Of a stretch of 64,000 nucleotides of DNA, positions 9,241 through 18,674 are shown one piece after another (position 1 is the first letter of the stretch; each line of letters starts with the position of its first letter). This DNA comes from Nanobdellota archaeon (GTDB lineage: Archaea; Nanobdellota; Nanobdellia; SCGC-AAA011-G17; JACPIM01). Location of the stretch: the NCBI GenBank assembly GCA_038046265.1, contig JBBSWN010000010.1:75091-139090 (forward strand). The letters are read 5' to 3'. The notes under the pieces were generated by a model. That model ran no database searches and was not told where the DNA came from. It saw nothing but the letters and a program-made list of their open reading frames with translations. A program made the position numbers and the translations under genes.

Positions 9241-9908
9241 TTTTCAAGCACGAATGAGTAGTCTGCCAAGGTCTCATGAGTTTTGTTTTCAATTTTAAAA
9301 ACAACAATGTCTTTTGAGAATCCCGGGGCTTTTTTTATATCTACTAAAGTTCCTTTGTTTCCAATGTGTTTTCCGCCTGTCAAGTAAATTAATGCGTTTT
9401 TTTCAAATTTCAAGTGTTTTACAATTTTGTTGTCTTTTAATATGACAGAGTCGCGGACTTTATAGTTATCTTTGTCAATTATTAAATTTTCACCATTGTA
9501 AAAGTTTAACTGTGTTTTTTTCTTTTTAAGTGTTTTTTTACCTATAATTTTGCAGATTTTGTAATTGCTTTCTTCTTTGTTAACTTCCTTTAAATCTAAT
9601 TTTCCCTTTAATGAGTAAACTACTTTGTAATGTTTGTTTAAGTCTGGTATAGATAAAGTGTCAAATATTCCAACTGGGAAATCAAACTCTTTTCTTACTT
9701 TATTGTTTATAAGAACTTTATTGTTATTCAGGATTATATTTATTTCCCTTTTTTCTTTTCCTATCTTTAGTATTTCCCTAAGTATTACTCCTAAGGGCAT
9801 ACTTTCTTCTAATTTATGAGGGCCTGGAGATGGTTTTGTGATAAAGGTAGTTGTCTTTCTTTCAACAGGCCATGTACTTGGTGCATTGATTCTTTTTAAG
9901 TGCGTCAT
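9237..9908 (-). CDS. rps4e: 30S ribosomal protein S4e
   Basis: Begins MTHLKRINAPSTWPVERK and has S4/KOW domains. Confidence 0.85.
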   Translation of the reverse strand: MTHLKRINAPSTWPVERKTTTFITKPSPGPHKLEESMPLGVILREILKIGKEKREINIILNNNKVLINNKVRKEFDFPVGIFDTLSIPDLNKHYKVVYSLKGKLDLKEVNKEESNYKICKIIGKKTLKKKKTQLNFYNGENLIIDKDNYKVRDSVILKDNKIVKHLKFEKNALIYLTGGKHIGNKGTLVDIKKAPGFSKDIVVFKIENKTHETLADYSFVLEK

Positions 9909-10300
9909 TTTTTTGTTCCTATTATTTTTTCAACGGATTTTTTCCTTTCCTTGTCTTCCAGATTTAATTCTTTGATAAGGACATTTGAAGGATGAATTGG
10001 GTAAAAAGATTTTGTGCCGTCTTTTTTTGTCATTTCAGCTCCATCAATATAAATTCTTAATTTTCTCAAGTTAACATTGTTAATCAAGCCTAATTTTCCC
10101 TTGAACTGGCCTCTCATTATTATCACTTTGTCTCCTTTTTTTACTGGAAAGTTTCTTCTCTTGTATTTTTTAATTAATTCTTCTGACAAATGAGAGGACA
10201 TCATTTTTTGTTTTATGTTAAATGGAGCGTTAGCTATGTATTTTCTCTGCTTTCTAGGCTGAGTACTTGATATCCATTTCTTTGAAAATGCGTTTTTCAT
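9905..10300 (-). CDS. rpl24: 50S ribosomal protein L24 (uL24)
   Basis: KOW motif KGDKVIIMRGQFKGK. Confidence 0.8.
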   Translation of the reverse strand: MKNAFSKKWISSTQPRKQRKYIANAPFNIKQKMMSSHLSEELIKKYKRRNFPVKKGDKVIIMRGQFKGKLGLINNVNLRKLRIYIDGAEMTKKDGTKSFYPIHPSNVLIKELNLEDKERKKSVEKIIGTKK

Positions 10301-10702
10301 TTATACAACTATGCTGGCAACTTTGGCGACTGCAGGCCATCTGTCAGCAACCTCCTTAGCTATTGGGCCTTTGAACATTGTTCCTTTTGGATTTCCTTTT
10401 TCATCTTTTAATATTATGACTGCGTTGTCTGCAAATTTTATTCTTGTTCCGTCTTTTCTCCTGTATTCTTTTTTCTGCCTAACTACTATTGCTGGAACTA
10501 CTTGTTTCCTCATTTCTGTTTCTCCTTTTTGAACAGCAACCCAGATTAAATCTGAAACTCCGCAAGAAGGCTTTCTTCTTCTTACTGTTTTTGAACCTTT
10601 AATAGATACAATTCTGACTACCTTGGCACCTGAATTATCACAGGTTTCAACTACAGAGCCATGATTCAGGCATTTTGTTACTCTTGCTTTAAGCGCTTTC
10701 AT
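10301..10702 (-). CDS. rpl14: 50S ribosomal protein L14 (uL14)
   Basis: Begins MKALKARVTKCLNHGSVVETCDNSGAK. Confidence 0.9.
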   Translation of the reverse strand: MKALKARVTKCLNHGSVVETCDNSGAKVVRIVSIKGSKTVRRRKPSCGVSDLIWVAVQKGETEMRKQVVPAIVVRQKKEYRRKDGTRIKFADNAVIILKDEKGNPKGTMFKGPIAKEVADRWPAVAKVASIVV

Positions 10703-11027
10703 TTTCTATTATCACGAAGTTTTTCATTTTTGATATTGGGCGACATTCCATTATTTTTACAGTGTCACCAACTTTTATGTCAATACAGGGAGTGGAGTGA
10801 ACATGGATTCTGGATCTTCTTTTTTCAAATCTTTCATATTTCTGCAAGTAAAACAACCTAGGAAATTCAACGTGAGCTGTTTTTTGCGAGGAAATTTTTG
10901 TAACTTTTCCTGTGAAGAAGTTTCCTCTAATTTTCAAGCCTTTATGAAAAGGACAGTGCTTATCATCACAGCTTTTAGCAGGTGATTTCAAATTTATTCC
11001 AGTGTTTGATATTTCTTGTTTTTTCAT
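10689..11027 (-). CDS. rps17: 30S ribosomal protein S17 (uS17)
   Basis: OB fold (GKVTKISSQKTAHVEF...DTVKIMECRPISK). Confidence 0.85.
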   Translation of the reverse strand: MKKQEISNTGINLKSPAKSCDDKHCPFHKGLKIRGNFFTGKVTKISSQKTAHVEFPRLFYLQKYERFEKRRSRIHVHSTPCIDIKVGDTVKIMECRPISKMKNFVIIENESA

Positions 11028-11281
11028 TTTTTTAACCTGTCTTCCGGCCTTCCAACCAGGATTTCTCCATTTACTTTTATTTCATGATTGTCTTTGAAAA
11101 TCTTTAATGTAACTTGGTCTTTTACAAGTGTTAAGGATTTTTCAGGAGTTTTAACTACCAAAGTGTTTTTTGTTTCATCCACTATTGTGCCTTGAATTCC
11201 GATCAAGTTCTTGTTTTTTGATTCTATTACTTCCATTTTCAATCCTATCAGTTCATGCCTTAAAAAATCCTTTAAGTTCAT
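11024..11281 (-). CDS. rnp1: RNase P protein component 1 (Rpp29/Pop4)
   Basis: 85 aa Sm-like protein (GLKMEVIESKNKNLIGIQGTIVDETKNTLVV). It sits in the archaeal position between L29/SUI1 and S17. Confidence 0.65.
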   Translation of the reverse strand: MNLKDFLRHELIGLKMEVIESKNKNLIGIQGTIVDETKNTLVVKTPEKSLTLVKDQVTLKIFKDNHEIKVNGEILVGRPEDRLKK

Positions 11282-11283
11282 GT

Positions 11284-11592
11284 TTAGTTTGTCTCAATTG
11301 CATCGGCTGAAAACCCAAGCCTGATGAGCTCTTCCTTTGTTTTTTCTGTGTGTTCTCCCTGGAGTTCAATTGTGTCTCCTTTTACTGTTCCTCCACATGC
11401 AAATTTTGATTTTAATTTTTTAGCCAAATCCTTAAGGTCAATTTCCTTGTTGTTAATGCCGTAAACAACTGTGATTAGTTTTCCGAATTTTCTTTTTTCA
11501 GTTTTAACTTTTATTCTTTGTCCTTCCTTTGCGATTGTCTGGCAGACGCAAAGGTCTTTTGGCAAGCCACATTTTGAACAAATTTCGTTCAT
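11284..11592 (-). CDS. sui1: Translation initiation factor SUI1 / aIF1
   Basis: CxxC...C start ([13 protein letters not shown]), followed by the SUI1 fold [12 protein letters not shown]...ACGGTVKG. Confidence 0.75.
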   Translation of the reverse strand: MNEICSKCGLPKDLCVCQTIAKEGQRIKVKTEKRKFGKLITVVYGINNKEIDLKDLAKKLKSKFACGGTVKGDTIELQGEHTEKTKEELIRLGFSADAIETN

Positions 11593-11810
11593 TTCTTTTT
11601 AGCAACCTCCACAGACTGAGTCTGGTTTTTTTGATTCATTAATGTCAATATTCTTGCAATTGTTCTTCTTGTATTTCTTATTAAAGCGGGCTTTTCAAGT
11701 GTTGTTCCTCTGGCCCTTTTAGCATTTAAGACAATTAATTCTTTTTTAAGTTCAACTAGTTTTGACTTAAGGTCTTCATTTTTCATTTCTCTTAATTCAT
11801 TTATTTTCAT
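11589..11810 (-). CDS. rpl29: 50S ribosomal protein L29 (uL29)
   Basis: Begins [25 protein letters not shown]. Confidence 0.8.
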   Translation of the reverse strand: MKINELREMKNEDLKSKLVELKKELIVLNAKRARGTTLEKPALIRNTRRTIARILTLMNQKNQTQSVEVAKKK

Positions 11811-12645
11811 TTTCTATTTTTTCTTCTTTTGGAGCTTGTTCAGAAGCTTCACCAATAACGGGAGTTTCTTCAATTGGTTCTTCTTTAAGCTCTTCTGTTT
11901 TTTCTTCAACTTTTTCTTTTGTTTTTCTTGTTCTTTTTTTCTTTGAAGCTTCTTTGAGAGCCTCACCAGGAACTTCTTCCTTTGATTCAGTTTTTAGTTC
12001 TATTTTTGCTTCTGCTTGTTCCAATGGTTTTTCAACTAACACATTTTCTTTATTTAAAACCAGGATTTTATCTGGGAGTACTACGTCTGGTGTCATGATA
12101 CTTACTTTTATTCCTATTATTCCGGATTTTAATTTCGCCTGGGCAACTGCTTTTTTTACTTTATCTGATGCTATATAGCCAGATTTTTTCAAGTGGCCTG
12201 CTTTAAATCTCCATGATCTTGCTCTTGCGCTAGGGACTTTTCCTGAAATAACTATTTCTGCTCCGAGGGCACCTGAATTGATAATGTCCTGCAAAGTTTT
12301 GTAGCCTACTGACTTAAATCTTTTTGAACCAAATCTTACTAAAGTTGAACTAATTCTGTCTGCAACGAAGTTTGCATCAAGCATGGGATTTTGAATTTCA
12401 CCAATTTCAATCTGGGGGTTTTCCATGCTGAATTTTTTCTTTAAAACATTTGTTAATCTTCTGATATTTTCCCCTTTTTTTCCAACAACTAAGCCGGGCC
12501 TTGTAGTAAAGATAACAACTTTTTCTCCTAAAGGAGTTCTTTGAACTTCTATATGAGAAAATCCTGTCCCAGTAAATTCTGCCTTGACATATTCATGGAT
12601 CTGGAATTCCTTTATTTTCTGACTAACAAATTGTCTTTCAATCAT
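11797..12645 (-). CDS. rps3: 30S ribosomal protein S3 (uS3) with a K/E-rich C-terminal tail
   Basis: KH domain and S3 C-terminal domain, followed by an extension of about 70 aa (KEEVPGEALKEASKKKRTRK...). Confidence 0.85.
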   Translation of the reverse strand: MIERQFVSQKIKEFQIHEYVKAEFTGTGFSHIEVQRTPLGEKVVIFTTRPGLVVGKKGENIRRLTNVLKKKFSMENPQIEIGEIQNPMLDANFVADRISSTLVRFGSKRFKSVGYKTLQDIINSGALGAEIVISGKVPSARARSWRFKAGHLKKSGYIASDKVKKAVAQAKLKSGIIGIKVSIMTPDVVLPDKILVLNKENVLVEKPLEQAEAKIELKTESKEEVPGEALKEASKKKRTRKTKEKVEEKTEELKEEPIEETPVIGEASEQAPKEEKIENENK

Positions 12646-13157
12646 TTTTTAACTTCCTTTGAACCTTCTTTAGAAGAAGCTTCACCAAGACTTTTCTTTG
12701 GACTTTCTTTAGAAGCACTTGGAACTTTTTTTGAATCTGGTTTTTTCTGTTTTTCAAAAGCATAAATTTCAACATTTGTTCTTTTTTGTCTTCTTCCCCT
12801 ATGCCTGCTATAATGCCATGACAATGATGCCTGGTTTGTAATTGCCTTGTCAATCTGCAATGATTCTGAGTTAAGGCCCTTGTTTCTTGCATTGCCTTCC
12901 AATGTTTTTAACAAATTGAGGAAGTGCAGAGATGCTTTTTTTGGATAAAATCCAGGACCTAAATGGCCCTTTTTATGGCCTCTCTTATGATAAAATCTTT
13001 TTAATTTTATTACTGCTTTTTCTTCTATGACTTTGTGCAATGTGTCTTTAATTTTAGAGACTTCCTTGCCTTTCATGAACATGCAGAGCTCTATTGCGTG
13101 CTTTGTTGAAATAGGCAAATTAAATCCAGATGCTTTTACTAAGTCTTTTTCTGCCAT
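12642..13157 (-). CDS. rpl22: 50S ribosomal protein L22 (uL22) with an S/K-rich tail
   Basis: Begins MAEKDLVKASGFNLPISTKHAIELC. Confidence 0.85.
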   Translation of the reverse strand: MAEKDLVKASGFNLPISTKHAIELCMFMKGKEVSKIKDTLHKVIEEKAVIKLKRFYHKRGHKKGHLGPGFYPKKASLHFLNLLKTLEGNARNKGLNSESLQIDKAITNQASLSWHYSRHRGRRQKRTNVEIYAFEKQKKPDSKKVPSASKESPKKSLGEASSKEGSKEVKK

Positions 13158-13163
13158 TTTAAT

Positions 13164-13562
13164 TTACTTCTTAGGAGAAGCTCCTGCACTTGACCTTGTT
13201 GCTCCAATTCCTGGAGCAGAGTGCTGAACTCTCTGCCTTGTTGTAACAAATTCACCAAGTGCATGACCTAATTTCTCAACTGTAATCTGGACAGGAACAA
13301 ATTCCTTTCCACTATAAACATAAATTGTGATTCCTAGAAATTCAGGGATAACAATCATATCCCTGCAGTGGGTTTTTACTATTTTCTTTACTTTCCCTAA
13401 CTTGAATTTTTTTACTTTTTCAACTAGTTTTTTATGCGCTTCTGGAAGACCTCTTTTTAAAATTCTTCGAGGTCTTGAAGTTGTAATTAGCATGAAGTCA
13501 TTTACTGTCATGTCTTTTAATTCTCTTTCATTTTTTCCTTTGTATAATGCTTCTTTTGCCAT
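13164..13562 (-). CDS. rps19: 30S ribosomal protein S19 (uS19)
   Basis: Contains GHALGEFVTTRQRVQHSAPGIGATRSS. Confidence 0.9.
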   Translation of the reverse strand: MAKEALYKGKNERELKDMTVNDFMLITTSRPRRILKRGLPEAHKKLVEKVKKFKLGKVKKIVKTHCRDMIVIPEFLGITIYVYSGKEFVPVQITVEKLGHALGEFVTTRQRVQHSAPGIGATRSSAGASPKK

Positions 13563-13563
13563 T

Positions 13564-14286
13564 TTACTTTCTGCCTGTCCTTCTTGCTGCTACTTTACCA
13601 ACTTTTCTTCCAGGAGGAGCGTCTCTTGAGACTACTTTAATCTTTGCATGTTTTCTTCCTCTTCCTGAACCATAAGGATGGTTTAAAGCATTCATTGCAA
13701 CTGCTGAAGTTTGAGGATAAACTTTTCCTCTTGCTCTCATATAATGCCATCTTTTTCCTGCTTTTACAAAAGGCTTGTCTTTACGTCCATGACCAGATAA
13801 AGTTCCTATTGTTGCCCTGCAGTCTGGGAGGAATTTTCTTTGTTTTTTTGATGGTAATTCTACTAAGATTGAGTTTCTTGTTATGGATATTATTTTTGCA
13901 CAATTTCCAGCTGCTCTGCAGAATTTTCCGCCGTCTCCTGGAAAGCTTTCTATATTATATACTAATGTTCCTTCTGGAATTTGTTTTAAAGGAAGAGTAT
14001 TTCCATTGTTTAAAGAAGATAACAAACCCGATTCTATTTTATCATTAACTCTTAAATTTGAAGGAGCAAGCATAAACGCTTCTTCATTGTTTTCGAATTT
14101 TATTTTTGCCAATGGTGTTGTGTGGCCTGGGCATTTTACTAAGTCAACTACCTTTCCTGTTATTTTTCCTGATTTTTCAAACTGGTCAAATTTTCTATAT
14201 TTTACTTCTGCTAAAAAATGATTGGAGCGAGCTCTATATACGGGTGTTCCTCTTCCACGTCTCCTGATAATTATACGTTTTCCCAT
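13564..14286 (-). CDS. rpl2: 50S ribosomal protein L2 (uL2)
   Basis: Begins MGKRIIIRRRGRGTP and contains HPYGSGRGRKHAKIKVVSRDAPPGRKVG. Confidence 0.9.
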   Translation of the reverse strand: MGKRIIIRRRGRGTPVYRARSNHFLAEVKYRKFDQFEKSGKITGKVVDLVKCPGHTTPLAKIKFENNEEAFMLAPSNLRVNDKIESGLLSSLNNGNTLPLKQIPEGTLVYNIESFPGDGGKFCRAAGNCAKIISITRNSILVELPSKKQRKFLPDCRATIGTLSGHGRKDKPFVKAGKRWHYMRARGKVYPQTSAVAMNALNHPYGSGRGRKHAKIKVVSRDAPPGRKVGKVAARRTGRK

Positions 14287-14603
14287 TATACTTTTACCTC
14301 TGAACCAGTTTCACTTAATATTCTTGTTAATCTACGTTTTGCCTGCATATCTCTTTCTAATTTTTGTTGAGTTATTCTTTCAATTCCAAGTAGACAGGTT
14401 GGCTTGTTTGTTATTTTACCATCTTCTTCCATTATCCAGTTGTCTAATACTAAAAAGAAGACTTCTGGTTGACTTGAGTGAAAAACATGAGCTCCTGTTG
14501 ATTCTGAGAAACCTAAATACGTTGCCGGATTTTCTGGATAACCTTTTATCTTAAAGGCTTCTCCTTTCTTCAAATCTGGTTTTTTGTAATATTCTTCTAC
14601 CAT
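14286..14603 (-). CDS. Hypothetical 105-aa protein inserted between rpl23 and rpl2
   Basis: It is translationally coupled on both sides. There is a 2-nt gap after the rpl23 stop, and its own stop overlaps the rpl2 start. It has no recognisable family and is less lysine-rich than its neighbours. Confidence 0.45.
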   Translation of the reverse strand: MVEEYYKKPDLKKGEAFKIKGYPENPATYLGFSESTGAHVFHSSQPEVFFLVLDNWIMEEDGKITNKPTCLLGIERITQQKLERDMQAKRRLTRILSETGSEVKV

Positions 14604-14605
14604 TT

Positions 14606-14863
14606 TTACATTAATCCTAATTTTGTTGCTACATCAAGAGCTATGTTATCTTTATGGAGCTTTACAAATGCTTTTTTTCCTTCTACTCCTATTAAAGTGT
14701 TTATTTTTTGGACTTTTACATGAAACATTTCTTCAACTGCTTTTTTTATTTCAGGCTTTTTTGCTTTTCTGTCTACTATGAAGACTATTTTGTTTTCTGT
14801 TTCCATTAACTTGAAACATTTTTCAGTTGCTATTGGATATTTTATTATTTCATGACTTTCCAT
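14606..14863 (-). CDS. rpl23: 50S ribosomal protein L23 (uL23)
   Basis: 85 aa, in the conserved position after L4. Confidence 0.8.
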   Translation of the reverse strand: MESHEIIKYPIATEKCFKLMETENKIVFIVDRKAKKPEIKKAVEEMFHVKVQKINTLIGVEGKKAFVKLHKDNIALDVATKLGLM

Positions 14864-15749
14864 TTAAACCTTCTTTCGGGGGTTCTTTTTTGACAGCTTC
14901 TTTTGAAGTTTCTTTTACATATTCTTTTGAAACTTGTTTTATTTCATTAAAAAATAACTTCTTTTCATTTAAAAGATCAATTGCATCTTTTGTGAAAAGA
15001 GTTAATCTTCCAGGAATTCCACCTGGAGCCAATAATTCAACATTAAGATTATTTATTAAAGTGCAGTCAATTCCCTTTATTGAGGACAAGATTCTTGAGA
15101 CGGGACTTTTTTTTGCAATCACGAACAAAGGGCCTTTCTTGTTTTTGTATTTTCTTCCTCTTTTTGAGCCCTGGCCTGCTTTCACTTTTCTAATATTTAT
15201 TCTTTTTAACTCGTTTTCAAGGCCTAATTTTTCAAGGAATTTTACAAGGTCTTTTGTTTTTTTAAGATCATATAATTTATTGTCAATCACTAACGGCAAT
15301 GTTTTGAATAAATGACCTCTTTGTTTTACCAAGATTTCATTTGCAGATGCGCTTAATGCAGATCTGATTGCTTTCCTGTTTTCCTTTGTGTTTATTTTTT
15401 CCTTATATATTTTATAAGCTTTAGGTGGGTGAGCTCTTCTGCCTTTGTATGTTCCTGGAGCAAATGCACCAACCCAGCCAAATTGTGAACCTCTTCTCCA
15501 TATAGTTTTTCTAGCTGATCTTGAAATTCCTTTTCCATATGAAGTTTTGAATTTTCTTCTTCTTCTTGACAATTTTGCTGAAACTCTCTGGCCTGCTTTT
15601 GGATAAGAACCATAAGGCTGTTTTTTATTTGATTTAATTGCCAGGAAAGCTCTTTGGATCAAGTCTTTTCTTAATGGCTCGTTAAATTGAGCAGGCAATT
15701 CTATTGAACCTGACTTACTTCCATCTATATTATATATGTCTGCTTTCAT
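14850..15749 (-). CDS. rpl4: 50S ribosomal protein L4 (uL4) with a K-rich tail
   Basis: Begins MKADIYNIDGSKSGSIELP... and follows L3 in the conserved position. Confidence 0.8.
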   Translation of the reverse strand: MKADIYNIDGSKSGSIELPAQFNEPLRKDLIQRAFLAIKSNKKQPYGSYPKAGQRVSAKLSRRRRKFKTSYGKGISRSARKTIWRRGSQFGWVGAFAPGTYKGRRAHPPKAYKIYKEKINTKENRKAIRSALSASANEILVKQRGHLFKTLPLVIDNKLYDLKKTKDLVKFLEKLGLENELKRINIRKVKAGQGSKRGRKYKNKKGPLFVIAKKSPVSRILSSIKGIDCTLINNLNVELLAPGGIPGRLTLFTKDAIDLLNEKKLFFNEIKQVSKEYVKETSKEAVKKEPPKEGLNGKS

Positions 15750-16708
15750 TCTTTAACCTTTAAATTAACACTTGTTATCTCGAACATTTCTGTTCTTTTT
15801 CCAGGCCTCATTGCCTCTGTCAAGACTATTGGTCTTTTTCTTACTCCGGGTAATGATCCTTTAACAAAAATAAAATCATTATTTATTAATCCATATTTAT
15901 GGAAACCAGAAACTGGGTTTACTTCTTTTACATTGTTGTTTATTTTCACGATTAATTTATTATATTCTGTTCTTTTGTGATAACCCATTTTACCTGTATT
16001 TGGAACTGTGTACCTAACTTTAGAAGGATTCCATGGGCCTGGTGTTCCTATTCCACGTACTTTTTTCTTTGATTTATGCCTTAATCTTTTAACACCAAAT
16101 CTTTTAATCGGGCTTTGGAATCCTTTTCCTTTTGTAACTGCGTGAACGTCTACTAACTGGTTTATCTTGAAAACATCTGAAATCTTGATTTCCTTATCCA
16201 AGAACTGTTTTAAGAACTCCAGCTTTTCTTTTGGAGTCTTTCCACCAGAGGCTATTTCAACAACTTCTGGTTTTTTTCTTTCTATTGACGTTAATGATGG
16301 TTTTGTGTAGACAACCAATCTAACATCATCAAAGTTGTCAGGAATATTGTTTAATTTTTTAGGAATCATAGTTTTTCTTTTTACTTCTTTGTCAATATTT
16401 TTTGAAAAAACTTCAGAAAGAACTTTTAAACCATCAAAATCTTGTTTGTAAAATCTTAAAGAAAGAGCTTTTAACGGGGGGCACTCAAGGATTGTAATTG
16501 GAATGGAAATAATCTGGTTTTTTGTTATTGAATTTGGAGTGTTGTCCTTGACCATTGCATGAGACATTCCAACTTTATAACCAATGAAACCAAGCAACTT
16601 TAATTCTTCTTTTTTAACCCAGTTATGGATTCTTGAATATGGTTTTTGAGCCCTCTTTCTAGGCCAGACCTGCATACTTCCCCTTCTCGGATGATGCCAC
16701 TTTGACAT
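15746..16708 (-). CDS. rpl3: 50S ribosomal protein L3 (uL3)
   Basis: Begins MSKWHHPRRGSMQVWPRKRA and contains FQSPIKRFGVKRLRHK. It is the first gene of the operon. Confidence 0.9.
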   Translation of the reverse strand: MSKWHHPRRGSMQVWPRKRAQKPYSRIHNWVKKEELKLLGFIGYKVGMSHAMVKDNTPNSITKNQIISIPITILECPPLKALSLRFYKQDFDGLKVLSEVFSKNIDKEVKRKTMIPKKLNNIPDNFDDVRLVVYTKPSLTSIERKKPEVVEIASGGKTPKEKLEFLKQFLDKEIKISDVFKINQLVDVHAVTKGKGFQSPIKRFGVKRLRHKSKKKVRGIGTPGPWNPSKVRYTVPNTGKMGYHKRTEYNKLIVKINNNVKEVNPVSGFHKYGLINNDFIFVKGSLPGVRKRPIVLTEAMRPGKRTEMFEITSVNLKVKE

Positions 16709-16721
16709 TTTTATTTTTAAA

Positions 16722-16752
16722 AAAGTTTAATCCAAAACGACTAAACTTGGTT
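16722..16752 (-). repeat. Degenerate copy of the motif upstream of rpl3 (operon leader)
   Basis: AAAAAGTTTAATCCAAAACGACTAAACTTGG aligns with the pfdA copy AAAAAGTGTTTACGGAAAACGACTATTTCTTGG. Confidence 0.35.
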
Positions 16753-16829
16753 TATATTTCTTTCTAGAATCAGCGACTAATTATCGATACAGTAAGGGTA
16801 CTTTTATGAGAAAAATTTGGTTTATAAAG

Positions 16830-17681
16830 CTATTGGTTTTTTTGCATGTTTTCTTTTAATTTTAGAATTGTTTCTTCTATTCTTTTTGTTATATCTGGCA
16901 GTTTAAGGCCTGTTTTTTCTAATTTAGTTGTATCTATAATAGCATCTACTCTTTTTACTTTTGATTTTTTGTCTAATTCTTCTTTTGGTTTTATGTTAAT
17001 TTCCATTTTATCTTTGAGATTATCTTTTAACATTAGCGCTATTTTATGTGGTGAAATAGTTCCTGAATTAGTAATATTAAATATTCCTGTTTGATTTTTG
17101 TCTATTAGATGCTTAGTTGCCAGTAATAAATCATCTGCAATTGTCATGCTATTTGGATTTGTATGAAATTCTTTATAATTCAGCATTTTATGAAGTATAT
17201 TTCTTGGGTGAACTTTAGAACTTAATAATAGCCTTGGTCTTAATATTAATACTTTTAGTCCTTTTTTTATTTTGTCTTGCAGTAACTGGTCTGCCCATGT
17301 TTTTGTCCACGAATAAAATGCAATTGGTTTCGGCAGGTCTGTTTCTTTGAATATTGGCTTACCGTCAATGCTTTCAAATATACAACCAGAAGAAATATGG
17401 ATTAAGAAAATATTATTTTTAAGACAGACTTTTGCTACATTATCTGCACCTAAGGTATTAACTTTGAATGTTTCTAATCTATTTTCTTCACACCAGTCTG
17501 TATTTGTTTTTGCTGCTGTGTTAATTACTATATTTGGCTTGAAATTGTCAACAGCTTTCTGAACTTCTTCTTCGTTTGTTATATCTACTTGCGCTATTTC
17601 AGATTTATAGTTGTTATTATTAAAGAAATCTTTGTATAAGTTCCCTAATTGCCCATTTCCAAAGATAAGAATTTTGTGCAT
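16830..17681 (-). CDS. NAD(P)-dependent sugar reductase, dTDP-4-dehydrorhamnose reductase (RmlD)-like
   Basis: Begins MHKILIFGNGQLGN, with AAKTNTDWCEEN and YSWTKTWADQ in the relative positions of the RmlD motifs. Confidence 0.55.
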   Translation of the reverse strand: MHKILIFGNGQLGNLYKDFFNNNNYKSEIAQVDITNEEEVQKAVDNFKPNIVINTAAKTNTDWCEENRLETFKVNTLGADNVAKVCLKNNIFLIHISSGCIFESIDGKPIFKETDLPKPIAFYSWTKTWADQLLQDKIKKGLKVLILRPRLLLSSKVHPRNILHKMLNYKEFHTNPNSMTIADDLLLATKHLIDKNQTGIFNITNSGTISPHKIALMLKDNLKDKMEINIKPKEELDKKSKVKRVDAIIDTTKLEKTGLKLPDITKRIEETILKLKENMQKNQ

Positions 17682-17744
17682 TTGAAAAAGTATTTATACT
17701 CGTTTTTAGTGGGTCTATGCTATTTATTAAGTTTTTGGAGAAAA

Positions 17745-18638
17745 ATGAAAAAATTGACTTTATTGAATATTAATTTTAATGATAGCAACCATACGCTGGA
17801 GTTATTAGAGAGTTTAAAGAATTCTAATTTTAAGGAATATGACTTTTTAGTATGGGACAATAATTCTACAAAGCCAGAGGCTGCTGAAGCGAGAGATAAA
17901 ATAGAGAAAATGCAGGATATTAAACTAATCAAAAACAGCAAAAATTTAGGTTTTACAGGCGGTGTTAATGGAGCTCTTAAACACATTAAGACAAAATATG
18001 TTTTATTGTTAAATCCAGACACTATAATTGATAAAGATACAATTAAGGAAATGCTAGGTCTTATTGAAGGTGATGAAAAAATAGCTTTTGTAAGCGCAGC
18101 AATTTATAATTATCATCAAAGAGACAAGATAGACTCTTTTGGCGGGAAAATGAGTTTTTTTACTGGCATAGGAAGGCCGTTGAAAATTGAAACTGAAACC
18201 AGAGAATTGAAAGATGGAGAATATTGCGATGCCTGCTGCTTGATGTTTAACAGGGAAATTTTTATAGAATTAGGCGGGTATGATGACAGGTATTTTGCTT
18301 ATGCTGAAACAGAAGATGTTTTATTTAAAGCTATGAAAAAAGGGTATAAAGTTTATATAAACCCTAAGGCAAGAGTATGGCATAAACTATATGGAAGTTC
18401 TGGGGGAAAAAGGAGCAAATTTACAACTTATCATTTAGCTAGAAATAGAATTCTGTTAATGAGGAAGTATTTATCATTACCAAGATTTATGCTCTTTTTA
18501 TTTTTGAATTTATTTTTAATTACTCCGGTACAAACTTTAATATTTTTGAAAAGAAAACAGTTTGATTTAATGCCGAGCTATTATAAGGGAATTTTACACG
18601 GACTTATTGGGAAATATGGAATGGCTTTTTTTGAATAG
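17745..18638 (+). CDS. Glycosyltransferase family 2
   Basis: The ORF-track frame starts on TTG at 17649. The first ATG is at 17745, preceded by GGAG. GT-A fold with a DxD-like region and LNPDTIID. Confidence 0.7.
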   Translation: MKKLTLLNINFNDSNHTLELLESLKNSNFKEYDFLVWDNNSTKPEAAEARDKIEKMQDIKLIKNSKNLGFTGGVNGALKHIKTKYVLLLNPDTIIDKDTIKEMLGLIEGDEKIAFVSAAIYNYHQRDKIDSFGGKMSFFTGIGRPLKIETETRELKDGEYCDACCLMFNREIFIELGGYDDRYFAYAETEDVLFKAMKKGYKVYINPKARVWHKLYGSSGGKRSKFTTYHLARNRILLMRKYLSLPRFMLFLFLNLFLITPVQTLIFLKRKQFDLMPSYYKGILHGLIGKYGMAFFE

Positions 18639-18674
18639 ATTTATATATTAACTTATTTGGTTCTTGCATGCAAA

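Noticed and set aside
12638-12892. 84-aa minus-strand ORF
   Set aside because: It lies entirely inside the rpl22/rps3 coding region in another frame and is spurious.
13644-14554. Plus-strand ORFs antisense to rpl2 and the 105-aa gene
   Set aside because: Antisense to highly conserved ribosomal genes, with F/L-rich translations.
16709-16829. Possible ncRNA in the 120-nt leader upstream of rpl3
   Set aside because: It is an AT-rich leader with a TATA-like element and a degenerate copy of the recurrent motif. No convincing stable secondary structure was found.
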